From assembly GCA_048013815.1 (NCBI GenBank), contig CM106585.1, forward strand, positions 3,100,001 to 3,164,000: DNA of 64,000 nucleotides. Reading direction: 5' to 3'. Positions 49,705 to 61,419 of this stretch are shown here, one piece after another. This DNA is from Setoptus koraiensis (Eukaryota; Animalia; Arthropoda). The translations under genes were made by a program, and so were the position numbers. The notes beneath the pieces were generated by a model, which was not told where the DNA came from, did no database searches, and saw only the letters and a program-made list of their open reading frames with translations. Within the stretch, counting starts at the first letter, position 1, and each line of letters starts with the position of its first letter.

Positions 49705-51664
49705 AGCGCTTAATTTTAATTAAGCTGCTATTGGGGTGGTGATTATGACTACGTTTATTCACGTGACTATGTAATCCTATGGAGGTTTGACTTAGTCAAA
49801 TTTGTGAGAATCCTGCTTGACATTACACATGTATTCCGATGTAGATTCGACTTGGTCTATTATCCCTTCACTCGAAAATATTTCGTATGCAATTCTATGG
49901 AGATTTGACTAGGTCACATTTGTGGGCAGTTCGGTGGTGACAAATCGAACTTCAAAATTGAAAATTCGAATTTCTAATAAGAGTTTTAGCTGATCGTCCA
50001 AAGTTAGTGGTTCAGTTTTCTTAGTTCCATGGTAGGAGTTCGGTGGTGACATTTCGAAATTCGAAATTGAAAATTCGAATTTCTGATGACATTTCCATCT
50101 GCTCGTTCGATGTTCGATGATCAGTGTTCGATGGTCAGTGTTCGATGGTCACAATTCGAAATTCGAAAATTGAAAATTCGAATTTCTGATGATAGTTTCA
50201 TCGGCTCTGTCGAAGTTCGGTGGTCAGAGTTCGGTGGTCAGTGTTCGATGGTCACAATTCGAAATTCGAAAATTGAAAATTCGAATTTCTGATGATAGTT
50301 TCATCGGCTCTGTCGGAGTTCGATGGTCAGAATTCGATGGTCAGAGTTCGATGGTCAGTGTTCGATGGTCACAATTCGAAATTCGAAAATTGAAAATTCG
50401 AATTTCTGATGACATTTCCATCTGCTCGTTCGATGTTCGGTGGTCAGAGTTCGGTGGTCAATGTTCGATGGTCACATTTCGAACTTCGAAATTCGAAATT
50501 GAAAATTCGAATTTCTGATGACATTTCCATCTGCTCGTTCGATGTTCGATGATCAGTGTTCGATGGTCAGTGTTCGATGGTCACAATTCGAAATTCGAAA
50601 ATTGAAAATTCGAATTTCTGATGATAGTCTCATCTGCTCTGTCGGAGTTCGGTGGTCAGTGTTCGATGGTCAGAGTTCGATGGTCACATTTCGAACTTCG
50701 AAATTCGAAATTGAAAATTCGAATTTCTGATGATAGTTTCATCTGCTCGTTCGATGTTCGTTGGTCAGAGTTCGATGGTCAGAGTTCGATGGTCACATTT
50801 CGAACTTCGAAATTCGAAATTGAAAATTCGAATTTCTGATGATAGTTTCATCTGCTCGTTCGAAGTTCGATGGTCAGAGTTCGATGGTCACATTTCGAAC
50901 TTCGAAATTCAAAATTGAAAATTCGAATTTCTGATGATAGTTTCATCGGCTCTGTCGGAGTTCGATGGTCAGAGTTCGATGGTCAGAGTTCGATGGTCAC
51001 ATTTCGAACTTCGAAATTCGAAATTGAAAATTCGAATTTCTGATGATAGTTTCATCTGCTCTGTCGGAGTTCGATGGTCAGAGTTCGATGGTCAATGTTC
51101 GATGGTCACATTTCGAACTTCGAAATTCGAAAATTGAAAATTCGAATTTCTGATGATAGTTTCATCTGCTCGTGTCGAGTTCGATGTGTCAGAGTTCGAG
51201 TTCGATGTCAGTTCGAGTTCGATGATCAGTGTTCGATGGTCACAATTCGAAATTCGAAAATTGAAAATTCGAATTTCTGATGATAGTTTCATCTGCTCTG
51301 TCGGAGTTCGATGGTCAGAGTTCGATGGTCAGAGTTCGATGGTCACATTTCGAACTTCGAAATTCGAAATTGAAAATTCGAATTTCTGATGATAGTTTCA
51401 TCTGCTCTGTCGGAGTTCGGTGGTCAGTGTTCGATGGTCAGAGTTCGATGGTCACATTTCGAACTTCGAAATTCGAAATTGAAAATTCGAATTTCTGATG
51501 ATAGTTTCATCTGCTCGTTCGATGTTCGATGGTCAATGTTCGATGGTCACATTTTGAAGTTCGTTGGTTGACAGGTTGTCATAAGCTCCTTTGAATCCTT
51601 CAACAATACTTGTCCACACGAAAAATTAAGCGCTCGAAATACTGATTTGATCAGTATTACTTGT
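49705..51664 (+). mobile_element. Complete HINE (~1.96 kb), head-to-tail with the previous copy
   Basis: Starts in the T-run that follows the previous element; both ends intact. Confidence 0.88.
49920..51560 (+). repeat. ~100-110 bp TTCGA-rich tandem array inside the HINE
   Basis: About 15 units of TTCGAAATTCGAAATTGAAAATTCGAATTTCTGATGATAGTTTCATCTGCTC..GTTCGATGGTCAGAG. Confidence 0.9.
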
Positions 51665-51783
51665 TTTGAAATCCTCCCTTTCTCTCGCACAAATCCGTAA
51701 GTAAATCCAAGCTGCATGAAAGATCGCAAGCATAACATGTCAATTCTCAGTTCATGTATCCATTGCCAGAGGAGAAAAGCTTC

Positions 51784-52245
51784 GGTTTTCGTAGCGATTA
51801 GGTCCCCACCCAGATTCTGATGAAACTTCCGGTATAGGTTCATATTGACCCAAATAAGACGATGAAATTACTCCGGAAGCCAGGAAACTTCCGGTTCCGG
51901 TTTGACATCAAGTTGAAGCTAGAGATCTGAAACCCACCAGATCGACGTTTCAGAGAATGCTGAATAGAATGGCTCACTTTTCAGCTCTGTGCGACTTCCG
52001 GTTTTCAAGATATCGGCTTATTTATAGGTTTGGAAGACCGGAAGTTGACGAATTTCAGCTTCGCTGCACTTGGTTATGGACCTGCGATGGGTCTGAGAAC
52101 TCGGCCTGCGGCCTCGTAATTCGGAGTCCTTCACATCCCCTTCGTCGCTCCCGCGACGACTGCGTGCGACGGGAACACTTTGGGTACGGTTGATGAGCGC
52201 TTCGGGTTTCGGGCTTCGCCCTCAGCCCTCCGCTCACATGTCTGC
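51784..52245. mobile_element. Merlin MITE fragment, one degenerate TIR
   Basis: GGTTTTCGTAGCGATTAGGTCCCC; truncated by the TIR at 52246. Confidence 0.75.
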
Positions 52246-54403
52246 GGGTGTTGTAGCGAATAGCGACCCAGTTAGATTTCGATGAAACTTTACACATGGG
52301 GTCCGTAGGGCCCCTTGACAACAGTTTGAGTGGTCCGGAAGTGCGGAAACTTCCGGTTCCGATTTTACAAAAAAAGAGAGCTACGGCAATGAAACTCGGT
52401 TGACTGATTGATTAGAGCATGTTGATCATGCTGAACTCGTTCTTAAGTCTCTGAGACTTCCGGTTCGGGAGATATCGAGGGAATTCAGGAGATAGGGGCG
52501 TTTCTGCTTCGTGCGCTTGCACAGAGCTCAATCTGAGCATGTGCAGACTCAATTCTGAGCGTGTGCGGACTTCATTCTGATCATGCGCAGAATTGATTCT
52601 GTGCCAGGGGTATGCTCGGGAGGATACTTCGGGGGGATCTGAGGCATTACCGCCACATAGAACCTCCAATGCTGAAATTCTATGAAAATTCTCTTAACTA
52701 ATGACTTGGTGGAACGATTCATGATGATTTGCTTCTATTAGATATGTCAGGAGACAAATGAACAATTAAAGAACGCCCTGTACGAACTGTAATCAATTGG
52801 TACGCTCTGTTCATATATAGGGATGCACACATTGGACCATTTTCTTCACTAACCATTTCTTCTCTTTTCACCCAATATCTACAGGCACTACAATGGATAC
52901 AGATTCACAGACCGACGAATATACCGAGGTGGAGAGCCAGGACTCGATACCGGCACCAATGCTGAGGGGTCACTGGGGTCCGGTTCGTCTGTACCGTGAG
53001 GCACATTTGGGGGATACCCTGGCATGTGCCCAATGGTGTATGGACGCCGGGATTCTCGGGACCCGCAAGCAATGCCGGATCCACAGAAAGCCACGGAGCC
53101 TCGAAGTCATCGAAGGCAAGCTCTTCTGGCGCTGTCGCCGATGTGACGACAGACTGTCAGTTCTAAGGGGGGGCACTGCCTTCGAGGACGCAAGGCTACC
53201 CCTTGGCAAAGTGCTCATGTTAGCACTTTGTTTTGCCAATGGGGACAGCTACGAGGCTACCCAGCGGAACTGCCTCTTTGAGGCGGAAGACATCGTCGCC
53301 AAGACGACCATCGCAAGATGGTTTACGATGTTCCGCGAGTTCGTGGTGGACGTGGCCCCCAAGCCATGGCCCCGATCTATGATCGGTGGCCGGGGGAAAA
53401 TCGTCCAGGTGGACGAGGCGCTGATCGGCCGGCGGAAGTATAACCGCGGCCGAGTCATACCGGGCAGCACCTGGGTGCTCGGTATGATCGACGAGGACAG
53501 GGCGGTCCAACTGCAGATCTGCCCAGGCCGCTCGAGAGCAGTCCTGGAGCCGATCATCCAGAGACACGTCCGCTCGGGCAGCGTCATCCACACGGATGGC
53601 TGGGCGGCCTACAGTGGCCTAGAAGCCCTAGGCTACGAACACCGAGTGGTCAACCACTCGGAAGAGTTCGTAGCCGATGATGGGACTCACACCCAGCGTA
53701 TCGAGTCCCAATGGAGGGCCCTTCGGAGGGATTTTGGACCAGGAGGTCGACGCCACGCCAGAGTTTCTACTCACCTGGCCAAATACATATGGCGCCGTGG
53801 ATGTCGCCAGTCTGGCTCTGATCCATTTGTACAACTACTCATATTAATAAAGATAACAGAATAAATTTAAATGAAATTATGTCTCAATTTTTCTCTTCTT
53901 TCTCTTAATTTCAACCATCCTATTACTTCTGTTTATGGATTGCAGTCATGTGAGCGGATGGTAGAGGGCGCAGCCCGATACCCGAAGCGCTCATCAACCC
54001 TGCCCGAAGGGTTCCCGTCGCACGAAGTCGTCGCGGGAGCGACGACGGAGTTGTGACGGCCTCCAGAATACGAGGCCGCAGGCCGAGTCTTCGAACTCAT
54101 CAGAGGTTCACTCTTGAATCCAGCAGAGCTGAAATTCCTCCACTTCCGGTCTTCCAAGCCAAGAAATATACCTATATCCTGAGAACCGGAAGTTGCACAG
54201 ATTTGAAAGTTATGCCATCGTGTTCAGCGTTGTCGAAAACATCGGTCTGGTGAGTTTCAGACCTCTAGCTTCAACTTAATGCTAAACCGGAACCGGAAGT
54301 TTCCGCACTTCCGGACTATCTTTTCCGGTCCATTGGGGTCAGAATGTACCCGTACCGGAAGTTTCATCAAAATCGGGGCGGGTCGCTAATCGCTACAACA
54401 ACC
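52246..54403 (+). mobile_element. Putative autonomous Merlin DNA transposon (2.16 kb)
   Basis: TIRs GGGTGTTGTAGCGAATAGCGACCC / GGGTCGCTAATCGCTACAACAACC around an intact transposase; arms homologous to the MITEs; own TSD not seen. Confidence 0.85.
52893..53864 (+). CDS. Merlin / IS1595-family (ISXO2-like) DDE transposase, intact 323 aa
   Basis: Zn-ribbon CRIH..WRCRRC; QVDEALIGRRKYNRGR, IHTDGWAAY, VVNHSEEFV..GTHTQRIESQW; no stops; acceptor-like site and AATAAA flank the ORF. Confidence 0.95.
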   Translation: MDTDSQTDEYTEVESQDSIPAPMLRGHWGPVRLYREAHLGDTLACAQWCMDAGILGTRKQCRIHRKPRSLEVIEGKLFWRCRRCDDRLSVLRGGTAFEDARLPLGKVLMLALCFANGDSYEATQRNCLFEAEDIVAKTTIARWFTMFREFVVDVAPKPWPRSMIGGRGKIVQVDEALIGRRKYNRGRVIPGSTWVLGMIDEDRAVQLQICPGRSRAVLEPIIQRHVRSGSVIHTDGWAAYSGLEALGYEHRVVNHSEEFVADDGTHTQRIESQWRALRRDFGPGGRRHARVSTHLAKYIWRRGCRQSGSDPFVQLLILIKITE

Positions 54404-55505
54404 AACAAACGACCCCAAAAACCGCAGATAGGACTCATGGCGCCGTAATACTAGAGGAGTAACAATACCAAGAATGTCAGAATCATGGATACGTTCTATA
54501 ACTCACAAAGTAGACCCAGAAATACTGATCACAGGTTTTGGCAAGAGTGATATACCGCTATATGTAGCCAACAGTATTGATAAACCAACTGAGGGTATTG
54601 TTAACGTCCTTGTAATGAATCCTCATGATAAAAACATCATATTAGAGAAAAAACAAAGGATCGCAACTTGGGAAAAACTACCAATAGAAGTGAGCATTAA
54701 CTCAATACAGACAGTTGACACCGAGAAAGGCGAAACTGAAATCGAGGTCGGCGACCAACTCAACAAGGCACAGATAGACGATATAATGAACCTAATCAAC
54801 GAGTACAGCGATGTGTTCATCGTCAACGGAGAGATTGGTAAAACAACACAAACATCGCATATAATAGAACTGACACCAGACGCCAAACCATTTATAGAAC
54901 CACTCAGACGCAAGAGCGAAAAGGAATTGGACGCCGTCGATTTGCAAGTCCAAGAGATGCATCGAGCCAAGCAAAAGTAGTTGGGCTTCAGCATATGTGA
55001 TAGTAAAAAAAAAGACGGCGGCCTCAGATTCTGCATCGACTTTCGTCGTTTGAACAAAATAACAAAAACTTGCTGTTATCCACTTCCTCGTTGTGACGAG
55101 ATTCTCGACCAAACAACAGGAAAATCATATAACACGAATCTCGACATGAACTCGGGCTATTGGCAAGTCCCAATGGACCCTAAATCAAAAGAATACACAG
55201 CCTTCAGAACTAGGCGCGGCCTTTGGCAATTTAGTTGTATGCCATTCGGCTTGGTAAACGCAGGAGCGACATTTCAACGTCTGATGAAAAGTGTCCTATC
55301 TCCACTGAAATCAACTGAGATATTAGTATATTTAGACGACGTTGTAATTTTTTCGAGTATATGGAGTTCTCACATGTCCCAATTGAAACTATTTGAAACT
55401 TAACGCCTTCAGGACTCACAATCAAACCTAGCAAGTGTGTATTCGGAACGAATAAACTAAAGTTCCTAGGCCATAAAGCTCAAAGGATGGTTTGACTCCA
55501 GAGCC
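54404..55505 (+). pseudogene. Ty3/gypsy pol fragment (pre-RT linker and RT)
   Basis: KKKDGGLRFCIDFRRLNKIT..YPLPR..LDMNSGYWQV..MPFGLVNAGATFQR..VYLDDVVIFS. Confidence 0.92.
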
Positions 55506-55512
55506 TGAAAAA

Positions 55513-56282
55513 ACAAGTGATACTGATTCAATCAGTATCTCGAGCGCTTAATTTTTTGGATAAACGAGTATCCTTGGAACATAGACCGGAGTATGTGATA
55601 ACATGTCGGAGATAAACAACTATGCTTGTCAGATCAGAGCAGCCGAGGAGCGACCAAATAAATACAAGTTCTTCAAATTTCTATCGCAGCATGATACACA
55701 TATTGATCGCCCACCACTATCGAAATCGGATCATCGAACTTCAACGAAGCAGATGAAACTATCATCAGAAATTTGAATTTTCAATTTCGAATTTCGAAGT
55801 TCGAAATGTGACCACCGAACTCTGACCATCGGACACTGACCACCGAACTCCGACAGAGCAGATGAAACTATCATCAGAGAATCGAATTTTCAATTTCGAA
55901 TTTCGAAGTTCGAAATGTGACCATCGAACTCTGACCATAGAACTAAGAACACTCAACCACTAACTTCGAACTAGCAGCTGAAACTCTCATCAGAAATCCG
56001 AATTTTCAATTTCGAATTTCGAAGTTCGAAATGTTACCACCGAACTCTGACCATAGAACTAAGAACACTCAACCACTAACTTTGAACGAGCAGCTAAAAC
56101 TCTTATTAGAAATTCGAATTTTCAATTTTGAAGTTCGATTTGTCACCACCGAGCTCCTCACAAATTCGACCTAGTCAAATCTCCATAGGATTGCATACGA
56201 AATATTTTCGAGTAAAGCGATAATAGACCAAGTCAAATCTACATCGGAATACATGTGTAATGTCTAGCAGGATTCTCACAAA
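55513..56282 (-). mobile_element. HINE 3' portion on the minus strand, interrupted by a Spy MITE
   Basis: ACAAGTGATACTGATTCAATCAGTATCTCGAGCGCTTAATTTTT and reverse TTCGA repeats. Confidence 0.8.
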
Positions 56283-57700
56283 GGACCACTTGCATTTAGG
56301 GTCTCCAGAATCAAACTGATTTGACATATATAAATTTAGTATTTTTGTGATCGGAAGAGCCTCCTGATCACGAATATGACTATTGTATCACCTTTCAGTT
56401 TGTCGTTTAGCCACTAGGCGGCTTTGCTGTTTTTCGCTTTGGGGGCCTATGGAGCACCAGTCCTTCGTCATAGAGACACGTTATAGGTATCGTTGAATAG
56501 ATCTCTGAAAGATGCATCTATAAAGAGTATGATTTTCACCTAGACTCAAATCCAAGTCGAAAAAAAACTGGAAATAAAACTTTGGCCCCATTTTGTGGGG
56601 TCTCAGGAATGTCCGCCCAGAGATTTGACAGCTCATGAGAATGACCCTATAAAAGAGCTTCAAAATGATATATAATTCAACGGAATCAAAATGAACGCCG
56701 ATGACCATAAATGAAAAAAACCACACACACCCCCCACCAAAAATAGAGACAAAAGGTAGATCGGGTGCTCCGTTGAATGACGGCCAAGTCCAAATTGGGT
56801 GTTTTGGGTATTAATGGGTAGGGTATCGTACCCTGATACCCGAGTGGGTGTTTCAGGGGTGCGGAAATTCTTCATCACCGTGATACCAGAGGTACCGCAT
56901 TCCGGGTATTTAAGGGTATTTGAAGGCATATTGACATTAGAATCACGGTGATTTATCTCCACTCTCCACTCATTCACTGATTGAATGGTACTGTCAGTAC
57001 TACTGACCCCTTTTACGATCGGCCTTGGGCCTCCCAACATCTTCAGCAGTGCGTATGCGTACCTAACATAACCAACAGTGAATTTCTAACGGTTCAGGTG
57101 ACGCAGAGTGTGAATTTCCACTCTACTTCAAAATTGATATAACAATCTAGACAACTGTGCGAAGACAGTTGTTTTGAGGCCCCTCTGAGGCCCGAAATTC
57201 GGGTTTTTTCTTATCTCCGGAAGTAGGCTCTACCTCACGTCTGGACTGTCGAGAACGTCTTCATGGGCCTATCCAGAGCCCACGTGTCGATTTTTATGGA
57301 AATCGAGCTTGGCTCCTAATCAGCAGAGCACCCGGTCTGCCTTTTATCTCTAATTCGAGGGGATGTGTGTGTGGTTTTTTTCATTTATGGTCATCGGCGT
57401 TCATTTTGATTCCGTTGAATTATATATCATTTTGAAGCTCTTTTATAGGGTCATTCTCATGAGCTGTCAAATCTCTGGGCGGACATTCCTGAGACCCCAC
57501 AAAATGGGGCCAAAGTTTTATTTCCAGTTTTTTTTCGACTTGGATTTGAGTCTAGGTGAAAATCATACTCTTTATAGATGCATCTTTCAGAGATCTATTC
57601 AACGATACCTATAACGTGTCTCTATGACGAAGGACTGGTGCTCCATAGGCCCCCAAAGCGAAAAACAGCAAAGCCGTCTAGTGGCTAAACGACAAACTGA
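56283..57700. mobile_element. Spy-type foldback MITE, right end in the gap
   Basis: CACAAA|GGACC start at a HINE AAATTT site; inverted arm 57360-57700. Confidence 0.75.
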
Positions 57701-58200
57701 NNNNNNNNNNNNNNNNNNNNNNNNNNNNNNNNNNNNNNNNNNNNNNNNNNNNNNNNNNNNNNNNNNNNNNNNNNNNNNNNNNNNNNNNNNNNNNNNNNNN
57801 NNNNNNNNNNNNNNNNNNNNNNNNNNNNNNNNNNNNNNNNNNNNNNNNNNNNNNNNNNNNNNNNNNNNNNNNNNNNNNNNNNNNNNNNNNNNNNNNNNNN
57901 NNNNNNNNNNNNNNNNNNNNNNNNNNNNNNNNNNNNNNNNNNNNNNNNNNNNNNNNNNNNNNNNNNNNNNNNNNNNNNNNNNNNNNNNNNNNNNNNNNNN
58001 NNNNNNNNNNNNNNNNNNNNNNNNNNNNNNNNNNNNNNNNNNNNNNNNNNNNNNNNNNNNNNNNNNNNNNNNNNNNNNNNNNNNNNNNNNNNNNNNNNNN
58101 NNNNNNNNNNNNNNNNNNNNNNNNNNNNNNNNNNNNNNNNNNNNNNNNNNNNNNNNNNNNNNNNNNNNNNNNNNNNNNNNNNNNNNNNNNNNNNNNNNNN
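57701..58200. other. Assembly gap (500 N)
   Basis: Run of N. Confidence 1.
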
Positions 58201-59331
58201 CGTGGTCAGAGTTCGATGGTCACAATTCGAACTTCGAACTTCGAAATTCGAAAATTGAAAATTCGAATTCCTAATGATAGTTTCGTCTGCTCGTTCGATG
58301 TTCGATGGTCAGAGTTCCGTGGTCAGAGTTCGATGGTCACAATTCGAACTTCGAAATTCGAATTCCTGATGAGAGTTTCAGATGCTTGTTCTATGTTCGA
58401 TGGTCAGAGTTCCGTGGTCAGAGCTCGATGGTCACAATTCGAAGTTCGAAATTCGAAATTGAAAATTCGAATTCCTGATGAGAGTTTCAGCTGCTCGTTC
58501 AATGTTCGATGGTCAGAGTTCCGTGGTCAGAGCTCGATGGTCACAATTCGAACTTCGAACTTCGAAATTCTAAATTGAAAATTCGGATTTCTGATAAGAG
58601 TTACAGCTGCTCGTTCGATGTTCGATGGTCAGAGTTCGATGTTCGATGGTCACAATTCGAACTTCGAAATTCGAAAATTGAAAATTCGAATTTCTTATGA
58701 TAGTTTAATCTGCTCTGTCGATGTTTGATGGTCAGTGTTCGATGTCCGAGGTTCGATGGTCACATTTCGAACGTCGAACTTCGAAATTCGAAAATTGAAA
58801 ATTCGAATTCCTGATGATAGTTTAATCTGCTCTGTCGATGTTTGATGGTCAGTGTTCGATGTCCGATGATCACATCCCGAACGTCGAACTTCGAAATTTG
58901 AAATTGAAAATTCGAATTTTCGATACGAGTTCCAGGTGCTCGTACAGAGTTCGATGGTCACAATTCGAAGTTCGCTGGTGACAATTCGAACTTCGATGGT
59001 CACATTTCGAACTTCAAGATTCAAAATTGATGCACTATAAGAAAGTGTGCGCCATTGACTAATTGGTGTGTCCAACTTAATTACTCATTGCGAAGAAACT
59101 GACTATTAGAATCTCACTAAATTCCATACGCAAGCAATCGACATGTGTATCATGCTGCGATAGAAATTGGGAGAACTTGTATTCATTCTGTCATCTTTTC
59201 GGCTACTCTGATCGACAGGCATAGATGATTATCTCCGACATGTTGTCACATACTCGCATCCATATTCCAACGATACTCGTCTATCCAAAAAATTAAGCGC
59301 TCGAGGTACTGATAGAATCAGTATCACTTGT
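58201..59331 (+). mobile_element. HINE 3' portion with TTCGA array
   Basis: Array, then 3' body, sub-TIR, hairpin and ACTTGT. Confidence 0.82.
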
Positions 59332-59789
59332 ATTATATCAATGTGATGACTGATATATGACCCAATACATGGTGTTGCTCACTATATGAACAGAATGGGT
59401 CCGCTGACCGCATCCGCACAGACCCGGCCACACCTCTTAATCAAATAAACCTTGATATCTCTTAAACCGGAAGTGATGGGAGATCGATTATGATTTCATC
59501 ATTCTCCGCTAGGCGTCATCTACTAGATTCTGAATTTTCAGAGCTCTATCTCGATATTTTTGTATTTCCGGAACCGGAAGTTTCCGCACTTTCGGACCAC
59601 TCAACTCGTGATATAGGGCCCCTACGGGGCCCATGTGTGAAGTTTCATCGAATTCTGAGTGGGGACCTAATCGCTACAACACCCGAATGATTTAGCAGAG
59701 CAGAAGGCTACTGATTAATTAGGATCAAGTGCACGAGGATCGAATAATAGCTAGCGTACATTATTGGGTCGTAATCAGCACTGTGGAAG

Positions 59790-60230
59790 GCACATGACTC
59801 AGTCATGCTGAGTGGAAGCTGATGATGCAAATGCTCTCAGCTATAACAAACACAATTAGCACAGTCAAAGGCACATAACTTGGATGAACAGCGTCATAGC
59901 TGAGGATTGAACAGTTCTCAGCTATGACACACACAATTAGCACAGTCAAAGGCACATAACTGTGCTGTACTGTGTGGAAACTGAAGATGCACATGCTCTC
60001 AGCTATGACACACACAATTAGCACAGTCAAAGGCACGCCAAAATTTACACAGCGTCATAGCTGAGGATGCACAATTTCTCAGCTATGACACACACAATCA
60101 GCACAGTCAAAGGCACATAACTCAATCATGTTAAGTGATAGCTGAGGATGCACAGTTTCTCAGCTAACACACGCGCAATTAATACTGTCAAAGGCACATA
60201 ACTCAGTCATACTATATGATAGCTAAGGAG
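59790..60230 (+). repeat. ~72-bp tandem repeat inside a HINE
   Basis: CTCAGCTATGACACACACAATTAGCACAGTCAAAGGCACATAACT, about 6 copies. Confidence 0.8.
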
Positions 60231-60507
60231 CGGACATTTCCTTGTAATCATGCGTTAAATTAGACTAGTTAGCGACGAAAGGCGTTATATAGTTGTATAG
60301 CTGAGATCTCTTGTATTCTCAGCTACCACACTCACATCAATTCATCGAATGCGAGCGTTAACAGGTTGTCATAAACTCTTCTGAATCCTTCATCAATACT
60401 TGTGGGTGTTGTAGCGAATAGTGCCCCAGTCAGATTTCGATGAAACTTCACACACGGGGCCCGTTGGGCCCAAAAACAATAACCTCGGTGGTGCGGCTTC
60501 TAATGGA

Positions 60508-60819
60508 TTAGCGACGACCATAAGAGGCCAACCTGGCATCTATCTCATCAAGCTCCTCCAATTACGGATTTGTCACCCCCAAGTGATCAGGTAGGAAGGA
60601 CATGGGCGTGTGCGACGGACGAAAAACTAACGGGTTGTTCTTGGGTAAAACCCACTTGTATTGGGAAGGTTGATGGGTTGCTCGCATCGGTGTTACGCGA
60701 TAATTGTATTCGCGGTTGTATCGGTTGGGCTGAATGGCTGGTCTCATGATATGCGCTTCAAACGGAGCCATAGATGCAATGATGAGAATTAATACGAACG
60801 AAAAACGAATCGATGACAT
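60508..60819 (-). pseudogene. Putative secreted peptide precursor with one in-frame stop
   Basis: Signal-like MSSIRFSFVLILIIASMAPFEA; after TAA at 60562-60564 the same frame reads LEELDEIDARLASYGRR*. Confidence 0.4.
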
Positions 60820-60927
60820 CTTTCTAGCGCTTAACTTTATTTAAGTGCTAATGATGTAGTGTTGTCAAGATGTACCCGTACAGGGACGCACGGTGAGAGC
60901 TGTATTACGAGAGATAAACTAAATAGA

Positions 60928-61395
60928 GGACCTGTTGCATTTAAGGTCTCCAGAATCAAACTAGTCTGACATACATGAATATAGTATTTTCGTGATCGGA
61001 AGAGCTTTCTGATCACGAATACCAACGTATACCAATTGCATCATTCCTAAGTTCGACGTTTAGCCACTAGGCGGCGTTGCTGTTTTTCGCTTTGGGGGCC
61101 TCTGGAGCCTCAGTCTCTTGTCATAGAGACACTTTCCTGGTATCGTCGAATAGATCTTTGGAAGACGCATCTATAAAGGGTATAATTTTTCCCTAGACTC
61201 GAATCTAAGTCCGGGAAAAAATCAAAAGAAAACTTTGGCCCCATTTTGTGGGGCCCCAAGAATGTCCGCCCAGAGATTTGACAGCTCATAAAAATAGCCC
61301 TATGAAAGAGCTTCAAAATGATATATAATACAACGAAATAAAACTGAACGCCGATGACCAAAAATGAAAAAAACCACATACACATCCCCCACCGA
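60928..61395. mobile_element. Spy-type MITE, single arm
   Basis: GGACCTGTTGCATTTAAGGTCTCCAG arm homologous to 36449. Confidence 0.75.
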
Positions 61396-61419
61396 AAATT
61401 GGTATCCTTCCACCTATCT

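Larger units (their letters stand above)
45772..59684. mobile_element. 13.9-kb Merlin-bounded composite unit
   Basis: TIRs GGTTGTTGTAGCGATTAGGTCCCCACTCAGA and TCTGAGTGGGGACCTAATCGCTACAACACCC; TSD GAATGATT at 45764-45771 and 59685-59692. Spans one assembly gap. Confidence 0.8.
45146..60403 (+). mobile_element. HINE host element (45146-45771 plus 59685-60403) split by the 13.9-kb Merlin unit
   Basis: Joined flanks read GCTGAGATGCCCAGTAGAATGATTTAGCAGAGCAGAAGGCTAC, colinear with the HINE core GCTGAGATGCTAACTAGATGAATTTAGCACAGCAGAAGGCTAG at ~11584. Confidence 0.8.

Noticed and set aside
49920-51560. CRISPR-like array, or ORFs such as MIVSSALS../MVRVRWS..
   Set aside because: No unique spacers; units are degenerate tandem copies and the ORFs recur only because the repeat lacks stops in some frames.
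52970-53834. Minus-strand ORFs overlapping the Merlin transposase
   Set aside because: Expected shadows of a GC-rich coding sequence.
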